Assembly (NCBI RefSeq): GCF_009914755.1
Contig: NC_060928.1
Origin: the human T2T-CHM13v2.0 reference genome, Homo sapiens
Length of the DNA: 64,000 nt
Direction: 5' to 3' (one strand)
A program made the translations under genes and the position numbers. This document shows positions 25,236-38,687 of this stretch, piece after piece (the stretch's first letter is position 1; every line of letters begins with the position of its first letter). The notes beneath the pieces are model-generated. The model was given only the letters and a program-made list of their open reading frames with translations, was not told the origin of the DNA and searched no databases.

Positions 25236-28200
25236 TGCTTTTCCCCATATCACAGGTAGTGGTGAAATAACTTGTCACATGTAGATTTTTATCTAAATGT
25301 AAATTTTATCTAAATGTACTGTTAAGTTCTTATAACCACTACACTTACTATAGAGGGAAATGCTGATTGCATCTCTTCTGGAAATACGATGAAACATTCA
25401 GTTACAGAATAATTTGAGATACAAGTGTTTTCCTAAAATAACACTCTCAGACAGACAATATATTTGGAAAGGAAAAATGAAAAATATAAGTTATTCATAA
25501 TCAACAGCCTTTTTGTAGGTAGGTCCTTAAACAGATAGTTTCTGTTAGGTTCTGGGAATGCTAGTTCATTAATATAGATTTATGTCATTGTGCTGGTCTT
25601 AGAATTATTCAAGCTAGGATTAAACTCACCGTAAATAACCTGAACCTTTTTAAAATGAAGTTGAAACAACAGTAAGTATCCTAAGCTAAGGTTTTTAAAA
25701 GTTATTATTTTCTGCAGCTCTACTTAATGAAGCTTTGGAAGGCAGTTGTGTGCATATGCTTATTTATTATGCCAGGTAAATAGGGGTTACTTACTTTTCT
25801 GTTCTTTGGAAATTTGGTTCAGAAATCACAGTTACATTATAAAGTGTAAATCATTGAGATGCTTTTGGCCATAGACATTCCCTATAATGAAAGATGTCAT
25901 TGCACTAAATAAGGAAAGGTTCCTATGACAGATAATGGGATCAATGCTATGCAACTGACATGATCTTGTATTTTGATAGTCATTTGGGCCATTTTATTAA
26001 GAAGTTTTCAAATGATTTGAAGAGCACTTGTGGGCAGAGGAAATTCTAACTACCCAATGATACTACTTAGTTATAGCTAAGTGAGAAAAAAAAATCATAA
26101 AAATATTCTTACTTTCTCTCTCAGGTAAGGAAAACCTTTCAGTTTCCCTGTAGTTTGTGTCAAGATATATGTTTTCCCATTAAACTTGTCTGCCATACTG
26201 ACGAGAGAATTACAGCAGAACTTTTGAACTAGTTTGATAAGAAATTCCTTTCACACAAAGGATCCCAGGGAGAAAAGTGCAAAGCCAGTTCACCATCGTA
26301 GTTTAACTTAAATGTGTTAAGTATCAGTTGAAAGTCTCAAATCCTCTACTCATTCGAGAATCCACTTAATATAACATTTATGGGATTTGCTATTAATCTT
26401 ATCCAAAACCTGTGTTATTTTGGTACTTATGGACTTAGAAAAGTCTGTATGTCTCAAACTTTAAATGTTACTAAATCTTAAATTATAAAAACTTGGTTAG
26501 CACTCATAAGCAACGAGGCATGTGTAAATATTACTAACAATTTCACTGAAGATTCATGAAGTTGACACAGAGAGGATGAACTGTATATAAATGTGTTCAG
26601 CGGAGATTACATTGTCTTTGTTTTTTGTTTGGAGTAGTTATGGTGATTAATGAACCACTGTATCCAGCTTCAGTATCATACTCTTTCTTTTTTTGCCAAG
26701 TTAAAGGACTATCTTTGGTGATATAAAGCACATTTGTTCAATTTCTTGAAACTATAATAATTCAGAGTTGGCAGACAGAGTTATATATCCCCAAGTGAAC
26801 GAATTGTATTATCCAGTGAACCCTGCTAAATGCAAGAACAGAAGAGCACCTGAATCTTTTTCTCCCCTCACCAGCCTTAATATGTTGTCTGTGCTAGAGG
26901 AAAATATGGCTTTGTATTAGAGATTTTTCTTCATTTTCTTGTCAACCACAAGGATAATTTTAGGTGAATTTACCCAGAGACACTTGGGTATTTTTCTGCC
27001 CAATAATGGCTATTGATCAAAACATTAATATTCAATACATTGAACAACTGTAAACCATGGGCACCAACCAATCAGAAAGACAATGGCAATCAGCATAAAA
27101 CAGGATGGCTGTGCCGGCCTTTGCAGCTGAGTGGCAACCCCATTTAACAGATCTTTCACTAACTGTTTCAACCTAATTAAGAATGGTTTTGATTACCATA
27201 GCCTTGTAGCAGATCTATTTTTTCATGTAGAGATAAAATGTTTTGAGATAAATTGATTTGTTTCTCATATGTGAAAGAATATTAGTTTTTTTTGGTATCA
27301 ACTACTAAAAAGTTAATAATTGTGGTGAACCTCTTAAAGTCAGTGACAGAATCCTATTAATCTCTGCAACTTCAGCCATCACTGCTCTGCTGGACACAAT
27401 GTGGATGTTTTCAATAATTTTGGAAAAAAATGCCATCATCTTTTCCTTTTGGGATTAAAAATATATTCAAATTATTGAAGTATGAAAAAATGACTAATTT
27501 TATTTTCAAAATGCATTTCTGTACATGGCTCATCTTAGCTATTTGAAAATGGCAAAGATATTCAAATTTGTGAATGTTAAATTATAATCTCCAGAGCCTC
27601 AGTAAATTCCCTGAAATACAGTGTTAGAACTTCACACGAATATGATTCCTGAAAGTTGTGTCAGTCCTCATGGGTGTTTAGATCCATGACTGACCAAATA
27701 ATTTTAAAGAGCCAGCACGCTAACTAACAGGAATTATAGAAATATAATTTAAATTTTATTGTAATTGTGGCAGGAAACTTAGAGCCATGGACAGGAGCCC
27801 CGCAATTCATAACAATTCACAATACAGAAAAATTTTTCTGTATGAGTTGTATGCGTCGATGATTACAACAAATTGTGTTTTATTTATTCACCCATTATTG
27901 TATTTATCTATTCAATTTCAATTATACAACTATTTACTGAGTCAGCCTAATATATGCCAAATAGCAGGCAAGTTCACAACTTAAAAATGATACACTTCAA
28001 AAATTCGATTATAACTAAAGTACTACTCTAATTTAATATATACCTACCGTGACTTCTAATTTTTATACTTGATTTTATTCTTATTGGTCTTAGAGAAAAT
28101 AGCCATAGAAAGCATTAACACTAAACGGAAGGCTTTAAGAATGACTGTATAGTTCGTTGCAATTAGACATAATATAATTAAATTGAATCAATCGTATCAG

Positions 28201-28299
28201 ATAAAATATACACTTTAAAGTGAAAATGTTAATGATTCTTAGTATAACTGTAAGTATACTGTTTTGTTCATTTGCATGCTTGTTTTCCACACAAAATGC

Positions 28300-28550
28300 A
28301 GCACTGTTGTGGTTTAGAGCTAAGTATGTATTGCCAGCATTCAAACCTCAGCAATGTCTTTTGTTAGCTGTGTGACCATCAGCAAGTTACTTAACCTCTC
28401 TTGACTCAAATCACCCCACTGGGAAATGGATATTATAATAGTACTAACCTTAAAGAATTGTTGTGAGAATTAAATGATTTAACACCTATAAGGACATTAC
28501 ATGACTGCCTGAGGTTCAATAAGAACTATATAAATATTAGCTATTATTAT
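28300..28550 (+). mobile_element. MIR
   Basis: TTAGCTGTGTGACCATCAGCAAGTTACTTAACCTCTCT...TTGTTGTGAGAATTAAATGA...ATTAGCTATTATTAT. Confidence 0.8.
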
Positions 28551-29382
28551 ATGCATGCACATTATGTAGTTAGTAGGGGGCAAAATCCTAGGTTATTTCA
28601 TTTTACATCCATTTCTCACTAACTCTTTAACTCCAAGAAAAGTTACTTATCTGTACTTTATTTCATCTACCTCTTGAAGTTGTTCAAAGTTTGAATGAAT
28701 TAACACACATGGAGTGGTTAGCACAGTACTTGGCCAATAGTCAACCCTCAAAAAATGTTAGCCATAATTTTTTATTCCTTATTTCATTATAGATATAAAA
28801 TGGAGGTAGTAATTATTATCTTATCCCTTCACAGGACAATTGAACCACTGAACATATCTGTGAAGATAAGTAAACAGTTGAATATTATTCAAAAATGTGT
28901 TTACTAATTATCTAGTAATTTATAAATTCAGTTATTCTGTTTGTGAATAATGAGATGTGAATAAAATTAATTAAAATATATTTTCTTATCTGTATTATTG
29001 CCTGACCTTGGTGGCAAGCGCCAGAGCATCTGTTTGTTTTTTCTCTATTTAGGTTGCTAAAGTATCTTGTCATATAATTCAGAAAATTATATGATATAAA
29101 AATATATTATGTGAGAAAATAATATAATTCAGAAATATATGTATAGTATTGAAATTAAGCAGAAGCCCTAAACTGTTTTTATAAATATTCTGAAGTATGT
29201 TACAATATTAATTATCATTATTGGATAGGTCTTTTGGTTTTAAAAATGGAAACAATTTTTTTAATGGAAAGATTATATCCTAAAACAGTAATTTTCATTG
29301 AATCTTACCGCTAAATGTATATTTGAACCATTTCATAATTTCTACTGGAATGTGTGAAAATTTTAAAAAACTACTATCATGA

Positions 29383-29578
29383 GGATGGAAGCAGTGGTGC
29401 ACGCCTGTAATCCCAGCACTTTGAGAGGCCAAGGCAGGCGGATCATGAGGTCAGGAGATTGAGACCATCCTGGCTAACATAGTGAAACCCCATCTCTACT
29501 AAGAATACAAGATCACGCCACTGCACTCCAGCCTGGGGGACAGAGTGAGACTCCATCTCAAAAAATAAATAAATAAAT
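29383..29578 (+). mobile_element. Internally deleted Alu (Sc8/Y-like)
   Basis: The left arm joins directly to GATCACGCCACTGCACTCC. TSD AAACTA(C/A)TATCATGA at 29368-29382 and 29579-29593. Confidence 0.92.
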
Positions 29579-29707
29579 AAACTAATATCATGAAATGAGG
29601 ACACAAGAAATACTTTCTAGGATACTAGAAACATTGATTAACAACTTGGGAAATACTGCTCTAAGCATGCTGCACTGTAATTTTTGTTCTTTTTTTTTTC
29701 TTGTTAG

Positions 29708-29915
29708 GAATCTTTCCCTGAAATTAACAAAGGACGTTGATCAAGAAGCCAGGTGTTCCCACATCAGCCGAATGCCCAACAGTCCATCTGCGGATTGGCC
29801 TCTACAAGGTGTGGAAGAAAACGGAGGCATAGATTCTCTGCCATTCAGACTGATGTTACAGGACTGCACGGCAGTCAAGACGTTATTATTAAAGATGAAG
29901 AGAGTTCTTCAAGAG
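29708..29915 (+). CDS. CCSER1: Internal coding exon (208 nt; 1 nt completes the upstream codon, then 69 codons) of coiled-coil serine-rich protein 1
   Basis: Polypyrimidine tract TTTTTGTTCTTTTTTTTTTTCTTGTTAG|G and donor GAG|GTAATG. The open frame NLSLKLTKDVDQEARCSHISRMPNSPSADWPLQGVEENGGIDSLPFRLMLQDCTAVKTLLLKMKRVLQE has higher GC/CpG than its flanks. The peptide is recognised from memory as CCSER1, probably exon 6; confirm by BLAST. Confidence 0.88.
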
Positions 29916-30963
29916 GTAATGGTTTCCTCTAAGATTAATGTCCTTCAGTGCTGGTAGACAATGAAGTCTGCAGACGTGGTTAGACCCTGCTCTGTCAGTA
30001 ATTAACTACATGACATTGGGCAGGGGTCAGGTTTCCTCTTGGAGCTTAGCTATTTTCATATGTCAAATGAGTGTTTTGAAGTTCTGGTTTATAAGGTACT
30101 CTTTAGCCTTAAAATTGTAAGAGTTTACGAAATACTTAAAAAAGAATAAATTGATCCCAAGCATCCCCCTATTTGTCAGGTAAGGAGAAATGAGTATCAG
30201 CTATATAGTTATGGTTACATGCTATTATAAAGCTATTGAGAAATCTATTAAATGTATTTCACATCAATGATACTGGGTCTTTGTTTATATGATACCATAA
30301 AAGTAGTTTATTTAGTCATTTTTGTTCCAATAATCAGAATTCAGTAAAATTGAATTACAGTAAAATTCAATCTGAAGGTCTGAATGATTTTGCCTAAGGA
30401 ATGTAGTTGCCCTCCCCACAGCTTGGGCCTAGTTACTGAAACAGTGAGCTAGTCAGGAAAATGCATAATGAGATTCTTTTACCCTTGTGCCCAGAAATCA
30501 GCCATTCTTTAGGACTCAAGTTTGCTTTGGTTTGATTTTTATAATTACAACAGTTGTTTTATTTGAGGGATTTCTATACAAAGTATACCCGTGATTATTA
30601 TTACTTCATAGACATGTGAAGTGAGAGTTAGAAATTTTAAATTATTTTTCTCAAGTAAGTGTAATTTCAGGGCAACAGCCTGAAATTTGTGTCTTTGTAT
30701 TACATCCTATTATATTTAAGTAGATTTATCTTTATTGATTGGAGATATTAATAAAGAATTGAGAAAAATATTATTATTTAGAATTAATGGTCCCTATGTT
30801 ATAATGATTGCTAATATTTGCTTTTTGAACACTTTGATAATAATGCTAGCAGCTACCACTGGAGGCTAGAATTGAATCAGGAAGAAAAAAGGCAGTATAA
30901 AAGAAATGAATGCCATAGACTATTGGGGCTTCCAGTAATGTGTTCTCATCAGCTGTTATAAAC

Positions 30964-31322
30964 TGTATTAGTCTGTTCTTACACTGCTAATAAAGACATA
31001 CCTGAGGCTAGGTAATTTATAAAGGAAAGAGATTTAGTTGACTCACAGTTCCATATGGCTGGGGAGGCCTGACAATCACAGCAGAAGGCGATGAAGGAGC
31101 AAAGTCACGTCTTACACGGCGGCAGGCAAGAGAGCTTGTGCAGGGAAACTCTTATTTATGAAACCATCAGATCTCATGAGACTTATTCACTACCATGAGA
31201 ACTGTATGTGGGGAACTGCCCCCATGATTCAGTTATCTCCACCTGCCTCCCCCACCCTTGACACATAGGGATTATTATGATTAAAGCTGAGATTTGGGTG
31301 GGGACACAGCCAAACCATATCA
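30964..31322 (-). mobile_element. THE1B/C MaLR solo LTR
   Basis: TGTATTAGTCTGTTCTTACACTGCT...GGGGACACAGCCAAACCATATCA; perfect TSD TAAAC at 30959-63 and 31323-27. Confidence 0.93.
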
Positions 31323-31412
31323 TAAACAAAAGCTGGAAGATACCTTCTCTGTGTCCCATACAGGTTATATCTCTAGGGCAGCCTTTGTTTCTGGATATTC
31401 TGGATCCTATAA

Positions 31413-31804
31413 TGTGTTGTGCTGTAGCGGTATGCTTATACTTGATTACTCTTAGAATTTCAGAAATTATATGAGCTGGCAGTTCAGCAAAGGCATCAAA
31501 ATAAATTATATGAACTTAAATCAATTACTTTCAAAAAGGGTAATCAGTATTCAAAATGTGTTTTCTATTTGTTTTACTATTATCTACACTTGTGAGATTA
31601 TTTACATCTTTTAGAATCACATGGTGGAAGTACTATATAATTCTGACTGTACAGATTTCCAACATGTAGATTCATTTATGTCATTTTGGTAGCTTGAAAT
31701 CAGCCATGTGGGAGTATTTATGCCTCAGAAATTGGCAAACACTGCAAATTAGGGCCTCTTATTTTTGGCAAGCCTGTTGTTAAATATTGACTAGCACATT
31801 ACTA
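31413..31804 (+). mobile_element. MER63B-like hAT-Blackjack element
   Basis: ATGGTGGAAGTACTATATAAT, TTGGTAGCTTGAAATCAGCCATG and GTTGTTAAATATTGACTAGCACATTAC match MER63. Confidence 0.75.
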
Positions 31805-32490
31805 TGTGTATAACTGTATGATTTCTATACTGACAACATAAATATTTGCCTGCAAATGAATAGATAAGTTTGAATTTCTTCCACCTTTGGCTTAACATGC
31901 AACCTGATCCTCTTTGAACAAGACAAACTTAGTAACAGCTGTTATATTAGAAGATACTAGTCTCAACTATTCAGCTTTTTACCTCTGTTTGGTCTGAATT
32001 TTAATAACAAATCAGTTAAAGCAAAAGATAAGTAGAAAGAGCTGACAGAAGGTGTCAAGAGGCTTTCTTAGAGTACTTAATTTTATAATTTTAAAATATT
32101 CAGTGATATTCACTATAAAGTCAATATTCAGAATATATTTAGATGGTTTCTATACTGCCACCTGGTTTTCTTTATTAAGGGGTATTCGAAGAAGCTGAAG
32201 AGAATTGATTTTTTAAAGCTGATGTAGAGTGAACAATACTTAATATATGTTTGTGCAGCCCATTCAGTGAGCAGAGGGTCTTTATTATCAACAGGGAAAA
32301 GCAATAGTATTATATGATTAGCATAGACAACAGTTCTACTAAGAAGATATTCATAATAGAGGCCTCTAAAGAAAATTGTTTTTTGAAATGTTCCCTAAGC
32401 CAGGAAGTTTTAAACTTCCATTCCCATTTCATTACTAAATTGGAGTTTAATATCAATATTCATTTAGATTAACAATATATTTTAATATAA

Positions 32491-32867
<377 letters not shown>

Positions 32868-33382
32868 AAGTTCACAGATTATTTTTTAATGGCAGGAGGT
32901 ACCTATTTGATTTTAAGGTAAAATAATTACTTAATTTTTACATGTCATATTAGAATATGCTTTTATTTGAGATTTTTGGTTTGTTACATGAGTATTGCAT
33001 TTGTATATTTTTTCTCATTGATCTCTTTGAAACCTATGACTTAGTGGAAATGCAATGCATTCATGATATTTTTACACTTTTGCTAATAAAGGTACACCTT
33101 TCTTGTGAGCAAATCAAGTTATCCTTTGTTGTTTTTGAGGGAACATCTTCTACAAATAGCATTTGAAAATATCCAGAGATAGTAATAGTGAGATCACAGA
33201 AAATTTTTGGCTTAATCTGTTTAAGATTGCTCTAGGGTTGTGGTTAATGACTAGCGGCTAGAAGGATGCCTCGACAGAGTGTTAATAGATGACTTTCCTA
33301 AAGTTTCTAGAACTGTTTCAGGGTTGTGGAGTAATAAAAATAATTCCTTGGAAAGTTCTACACAGCAGGCTAAATAAATATA

Positions 33383-33713
33383 CAGGTCGAGCATCCCTAA
33401 TCTGAAAATCCAAAATCCAAAATGCTCCAAAATTTAAAGCTTTTTGAGCACTGACGTGACACCACAAGTGGAAAATTCCACATATAAGTACTTTAAACCA
33501 CTTGTTTTATACATAAAATTATTAAAAATATTGTATAAAATTACCTTTGGGCTATGTCTATAAAGTATATATGAAACATAAATGACTTTCATGTTTAGAG
33601 TTGGGTCCCGTTCCCAAGACATCTCATAAGGTATATGCAAATATTCTAAAGTCTGAAAAAATTCAAAAAACACTTCTGGTCCCAAGCCTTTTAGAGAAGG
33701 GGTACTCGACCTG
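33383..33713. mobile_element. Tigger4b (Zombi/MER46)-type MITE
   Basis: TIRs CAGGTCGAGCATCCCT...GGGGTACTCGACCTG with flanking TA on both sides. Confidence 0.9.
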
Positions 33714-34469
33714 TACTCTATCTTTCAAGTACTCTTATCTATATAGTCCATATTACTTATGGCATTTTAATGAATATAAGCATTAACGCTGAGATCTACT
33801 TGTAATATTTTAAAGCTACCTATAAAATTTACTTCTTTCTAAATTTTTTTGTGAGGTATCACATGTTTAATATTATTTTGCAATTTTTATTACTGGCTAA
33901 ACAACCTTAGATTGCTATTAAAATGTTAAATCCCATTAGCTCATTCCAGATTTTTTTAAAAGTTATTTTGTCATTAACTGTAATTGCATTACTTATTATT
34001 CTACCTACTTTGGGTTTAATAAAAATTTTCATCAAGTAATTCATTTGGCACTTAGTAATTCTTCCATTTTGTGCCATCACCATAACAACATAAATCATAT
34101 TAATCTAATCCAGGTTTGGGGATTATATATGTTATGCTATTTTATAATATATAATATATACTTTCAATAAAATATAATTTTGAAAGTGAATACACCTGCA
34201 AAAGTGAATCTAACATTGTGTTTGTATCTGAATCATCTTGGGTAGGAACCAGAGATGGAGATGAGTAATGGGTAGGCATTGCTCTAAATATTCTGCTTCA
34301 GTAAACCTGTCTTTGGCCCAAGCATGTGAATGGTGAGGACTTTCTCAGTGTCTCTTCCAAGTATACTGGAAAAGCACTGGGTTAGGATATTGTGTTTTAG
34401 ACTGTTGGTATTAAACATCCTGAAACCTTCCTCTACTTAGGAGATTCTTGCTCCTGAATACTTTTCAGA

Positions 34470-34866
34470 TCTGCTTATATGCATCTCTTCTTCCAACTGC
34501 TCCTACATCAATGATGGTCCATTTTACTGAAGTTACTTCACAACTGGTCTTACTTCTAGTCTTCCCACCTATCAAATCAATTTACTCATTGCTGTCAGGC
34601 TAAAATGATTATGTGATCAAGTCAGTCCCTGTATATCTTTAAATGTTTCCTAATTGCCCTTACAAGTTCTTCTACAGGTTGTATAACAGTCTATATTTCC
34701 TCTATCATTGGAGCACTTATGTCTCCTCATTATAATTGCTAATCTTCCTTTTCCCAGTGATATTCTAAGATGCAGGAAAATGATCTTGTGAACTTGTACC
34801 TTGTTATATCTTCTCAACCTGGAAGGTATTTGCTGCTTAATAAGTGTTTATTAATAAATAAATGAA
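34470..34866 (+). mobile_element. L2 3' fragments
   Basis: ACAACTGGTCTTACTTCTAGTCTTCCCACCTATCAAATCAATTT...TTAATAAGTGTTTATTAATAAATAAATGAA is L2 tail-like. Confidence 0.55.
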
Positions 34867-36579
34867 AGGAAATGGATTTCATTCTGTTTCCAGGCTACCA
34901 TTAAAATAACTGTTGGCAGAAAACAAATGATAAACTTGAGTGCTTGATGGAATGAGGATCAAAGTAAGTATGTAGTAAATTTCTCCTCTTTAAAAGAAGT
35001 GTACAATATGTTTTTTTCTCAGAATATGAAATAAAGACACATCACAAAAATTACTAGATTTAATTTAATCAAGACCCATTTGTATGCCCAAGTCTATCAA
35101 TGGTAGATATAATTTCCTGAAGCTTTTTCAGATCTTTCTATGCAGTAGATGGCTATGGTGTTCCTTAACTGTATTTTTAAAATTATGTGCTAAATCTTCC
35201 AGATTAGAAGAAAGGCCTAGAGGTTTAGAGACTGGTTATTTCCATATGTACTCACTCTTTTCACACAGAGAAAATTTTGTTTTCACTGAACATCATTGCA
35301 ATTTCAGAGGAAAAGGATAACTATAAATCATTATAAAACCACAAATCAGTTAATCTAATAAACATAAAATTATTGGTATAAAGCCATTATTACTTCTTAT
35401 TTGTTTGGCTGAGCTTACCGTTTTCCTAGTGATGGTCTGTCGACCTCCTAGATTTTAATTTTGAGGTGAGCTAAGAATTAATAATCTGAATGGAGTATCA
35501 CACTCCAAATTCTGTCATCCTTTTTTAAAGATCAGTTTCTTTTTATTAAAATGCACATTCATATTCCCAGCAACTTCAAATTTCAACTCCTTTATTTTTA
35601 GAAAAATGACCGATGTTGGGCCTTTAGAAATTCTATTGTTGTCACTTTATTCTCTAGTATTAGTGGGAAAAGACATGACTGTAGTAAGGGAAGAGAACTC
35701 TATCATTTTTTTCTTCTTTTTCTTAAATTTTTAAAAAATTTTATGATCTATAAAAGAAAATGTTTAATATCTACAGAGGTGGGTTTTGTTTTAATGCTTC
35801 CTTTTAGTTTGCTCTATTCTCTTTATCAAACAAATATATTTTGATATAATAAGCTGTATCTATTCTAACAAAATAGCCAGATAAGTAAAAATCAAGGAAC
35901 TACTTATTTGAAAATTTATATAATTTACAGGCCCATATAGTTGATGCAAATATTGGGGCTGTGAAACATTTGCAAAAGACCCGCCATTGATTAAAGAGCT
36001 GGAATCTATTTTTCTTTTTCTTTTCTCTACTACCTAATAGTTCAAACATTAATTTCATTTTACCTAAAAGGAATAATAATTTAAGACTTTCAAGGATAAT
36101 ATTCAATGCAAAATTTTTGGTTTTTTTTCAGCGTAATTTGCAATTACATTATAAAATTTACAGTGTTTTCTACTTCATCATTTGTCACTGTTTGGTGGGA
36201 ATTTTTAAAGAGTTTATTTTTACTGCATTTCAGTAATTGATTCAAAGGGCATTAATAAGGATTTTATAACTAAATGACATTTTCCTATCAGCACATCTTG
36301 AGATGGAAAGAAAAGTCTATAGGGTAGGAACTTCAGCAATGGATAATTAGAGAAGGAAATGGCCACAGTGGAGAGTCATAAAGTAAAGAAATATCCAAAT
36401 CAAGCAATTACCATGGAAATATAGACAGCAGTCTAATAATCAGAATTCTCTTTATACTTATCATTTGAAAATAACAAAATTACAAGTTTTTGCTACCTTC
36501 TTTATGTTTATTTATTTATTTTTGCTGGTCCAGAAATATGTTTAAGGAAAATTAAAAAAACAAGTTTCATGAAAACATC

Positions 36580-38685
36580 AAATGGCAGAAAGTTAGAGTG
36601 ACTATACTAGTATCAGAGTAGATCTAAATATATGACATTTCACCACAGTCAGAAAGCCATACTTCATAATGGTGAAAGTCAGTTCTTTAGGAAGACACAG
36701 CAATCAAACATGTGGATGGCTTGTTTCACCAATACACAATGCAAAAACTGACAGAACTAAGTGAAGAAATAAACAAATTAACAATCACAGTTGAAGAATT
36801 TAAAACATTTCTTTCTGTAATTGATAAAGCAACTAAATGAAAAAATCAGAAAATTTCTAGAAGACTTGAACAATATTATCAATATTTTTAACCCAATTGA
36901 CATTTATAGAATACTACAATTAATAAAATAATTATATATTATTTTCAAATGCGAGTGGAACATCGTCAAGACACACTATATACTGGGTCACACAATAAAT
37001 CCCATTAAATTTAAAAGGTAGACATCTATGGGGTACATTTTTTGAGAAAAATGGAATGAAACTAGGAATCAAAAATAATAAAATAACTATAAAAGCATCA
37101 AATATTTGGAAATTAAATTACAAACTTCTATATAACCCACAGACGAATTTAGAAAGCTGAAAGGAAATTTTTAAATGTTTCCAATGAGATGATGATAATA
37201 ATATCACAAATCAAAATTTTCTGGATATAGTTAAAACTATAATTACAGGGAAATTTGTGACTTTAAATGTTTATATTCAAATAAAGAGTGCGATAATTCG
37301 TAACCTTTAACTTTCTTCCTTGAAATGTTGGTTAATGGATACAAAAAAACAGTTGAATAGAAAAAAGTTCTAGTATTAAATAGTACAATTGGGAAATTAT
37401 AGTTTATAATAATTTGTTATATTTCAAAATAGCTAGAAGATTTGTAATGTTCCCAACACAAAGAAAAGATACATGTTTGAGGTGATGTATATAGCAATTA
37501 CCCTGATTTAATCACTCCACATTGTATACACACATTCAGAGATCACATGCACCCAAAAATATGTGCAACTATGAAATATCAATAAAAAAGGTAGCTAATA
37601 AAAGAAGGGCAAATTAAATCCAAACGAAGCATGTAGAAAGACATAATAAAGAACAAAACTCTATAAAATTAAAAACAAATAATAAGCCCAAATTGATTCT
37701 TTGAAAAAGTTCAAAAAAAGGCTGATAAAAAAAGATTATAGAAAAATTAAGAAACATAAATACTAGTGCCAGCAATGAATCTAGGGAGGAATAATCACTA
37801 CAAATCCTGCAGACATCAACATGATAATAAGACATGGTTACAAAGAACATTATGGCAAAAAATTAACATAAATGACAAAAACAATTTTTTTGAAAAATAC
37901 AGCTTTCCAAAGTGACATAAGAAATTGCAAATCTGAATAGCCTAACTTGTACTAAATTAATGTATTTTATTATTTAAAAAAGAAATACATATGACAGATA
38001 TTATGTAAAAATTTTCAGGAAATAGAGACACATTATGCTTCTCATCTTGTTTTATGTGGCCAACATATGCCTATTAAAAAAAATTGGCAAAAATCCTTAT
38101 AGGAAAAAGGAAATTACAGAATTTTTTTATAAATATAGATGCAAAAGTCACTTAAAAATTAGTAAATACGTGTAGCAATATGTAAATAATGACCTATTTG
38201 CTTTCATTCCAGTTTTTTTAGCATCCAAAAACCAAGCAATACAATTTACTATATTAAAATATTAAAAAGAGAAAAGCACAAGACTGTACTAATAGATGAA
38301 AAAAGTACCTTTGAAAAATTGAAAACCAATTTATGGCTCAAATAAAAATATAAACCTCAGTTTACTGGTAGTACAAGGGAACTTCTATAGCTAATATTCA
38401 TACTTGATGGTAAAACACTGAAACTTCTCCTCCTAATATTATCAGCAAGGTAAGAATATCCACTCACCACGTTTGCTGTACGTGTGCTAGAGGTCCTAGC
38501 TAGGAATGAGGCAAGAAAAAGTGTAACAGGCATAAATATTTGAAAGAAAAGGTAAAACTGCATGTATGAGCAGATATGTTTGTTTATACAGATAACCTAA
38601 GAAATCTACAAAAAAGTTAATAATAAAATGACAGAATTAGCAGTAAATTTAATAGCATTGAAGAATATAAAGTTGTCATAAAATT
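36580..38685 (+). mobile_element. Ancient L1M ORF2 (endonuclease to RT region), degraded
   Basis: A-rich L1 motifs GCAAAAACTGACAGAACT, AATTGACATTTATAGAATACT and AAATATAGATGCAAAAGTC. Confidence 0.75.
37322..37590 (+). mobile_element. L1MA-type 3' end nested in the older L1
   Basis: TATTTCAAAATAGCTAGAAGA...TGTTTGAGGTGATG...AATTACCCTGATTTAATCA...TCAATAAAAAA. Confidence 0.8.
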
Positions 38686-38687
38686 AT

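Noticed and set aside
29595-29707. Treating the full 120-aa ORF 29595-29957 as a stand-alone gene
   Set aside because: Strong splice signals delimit 29708-29915. The N-terminal part crosses the polypyrimidine tract (FCSFFFLV) and is intronic.
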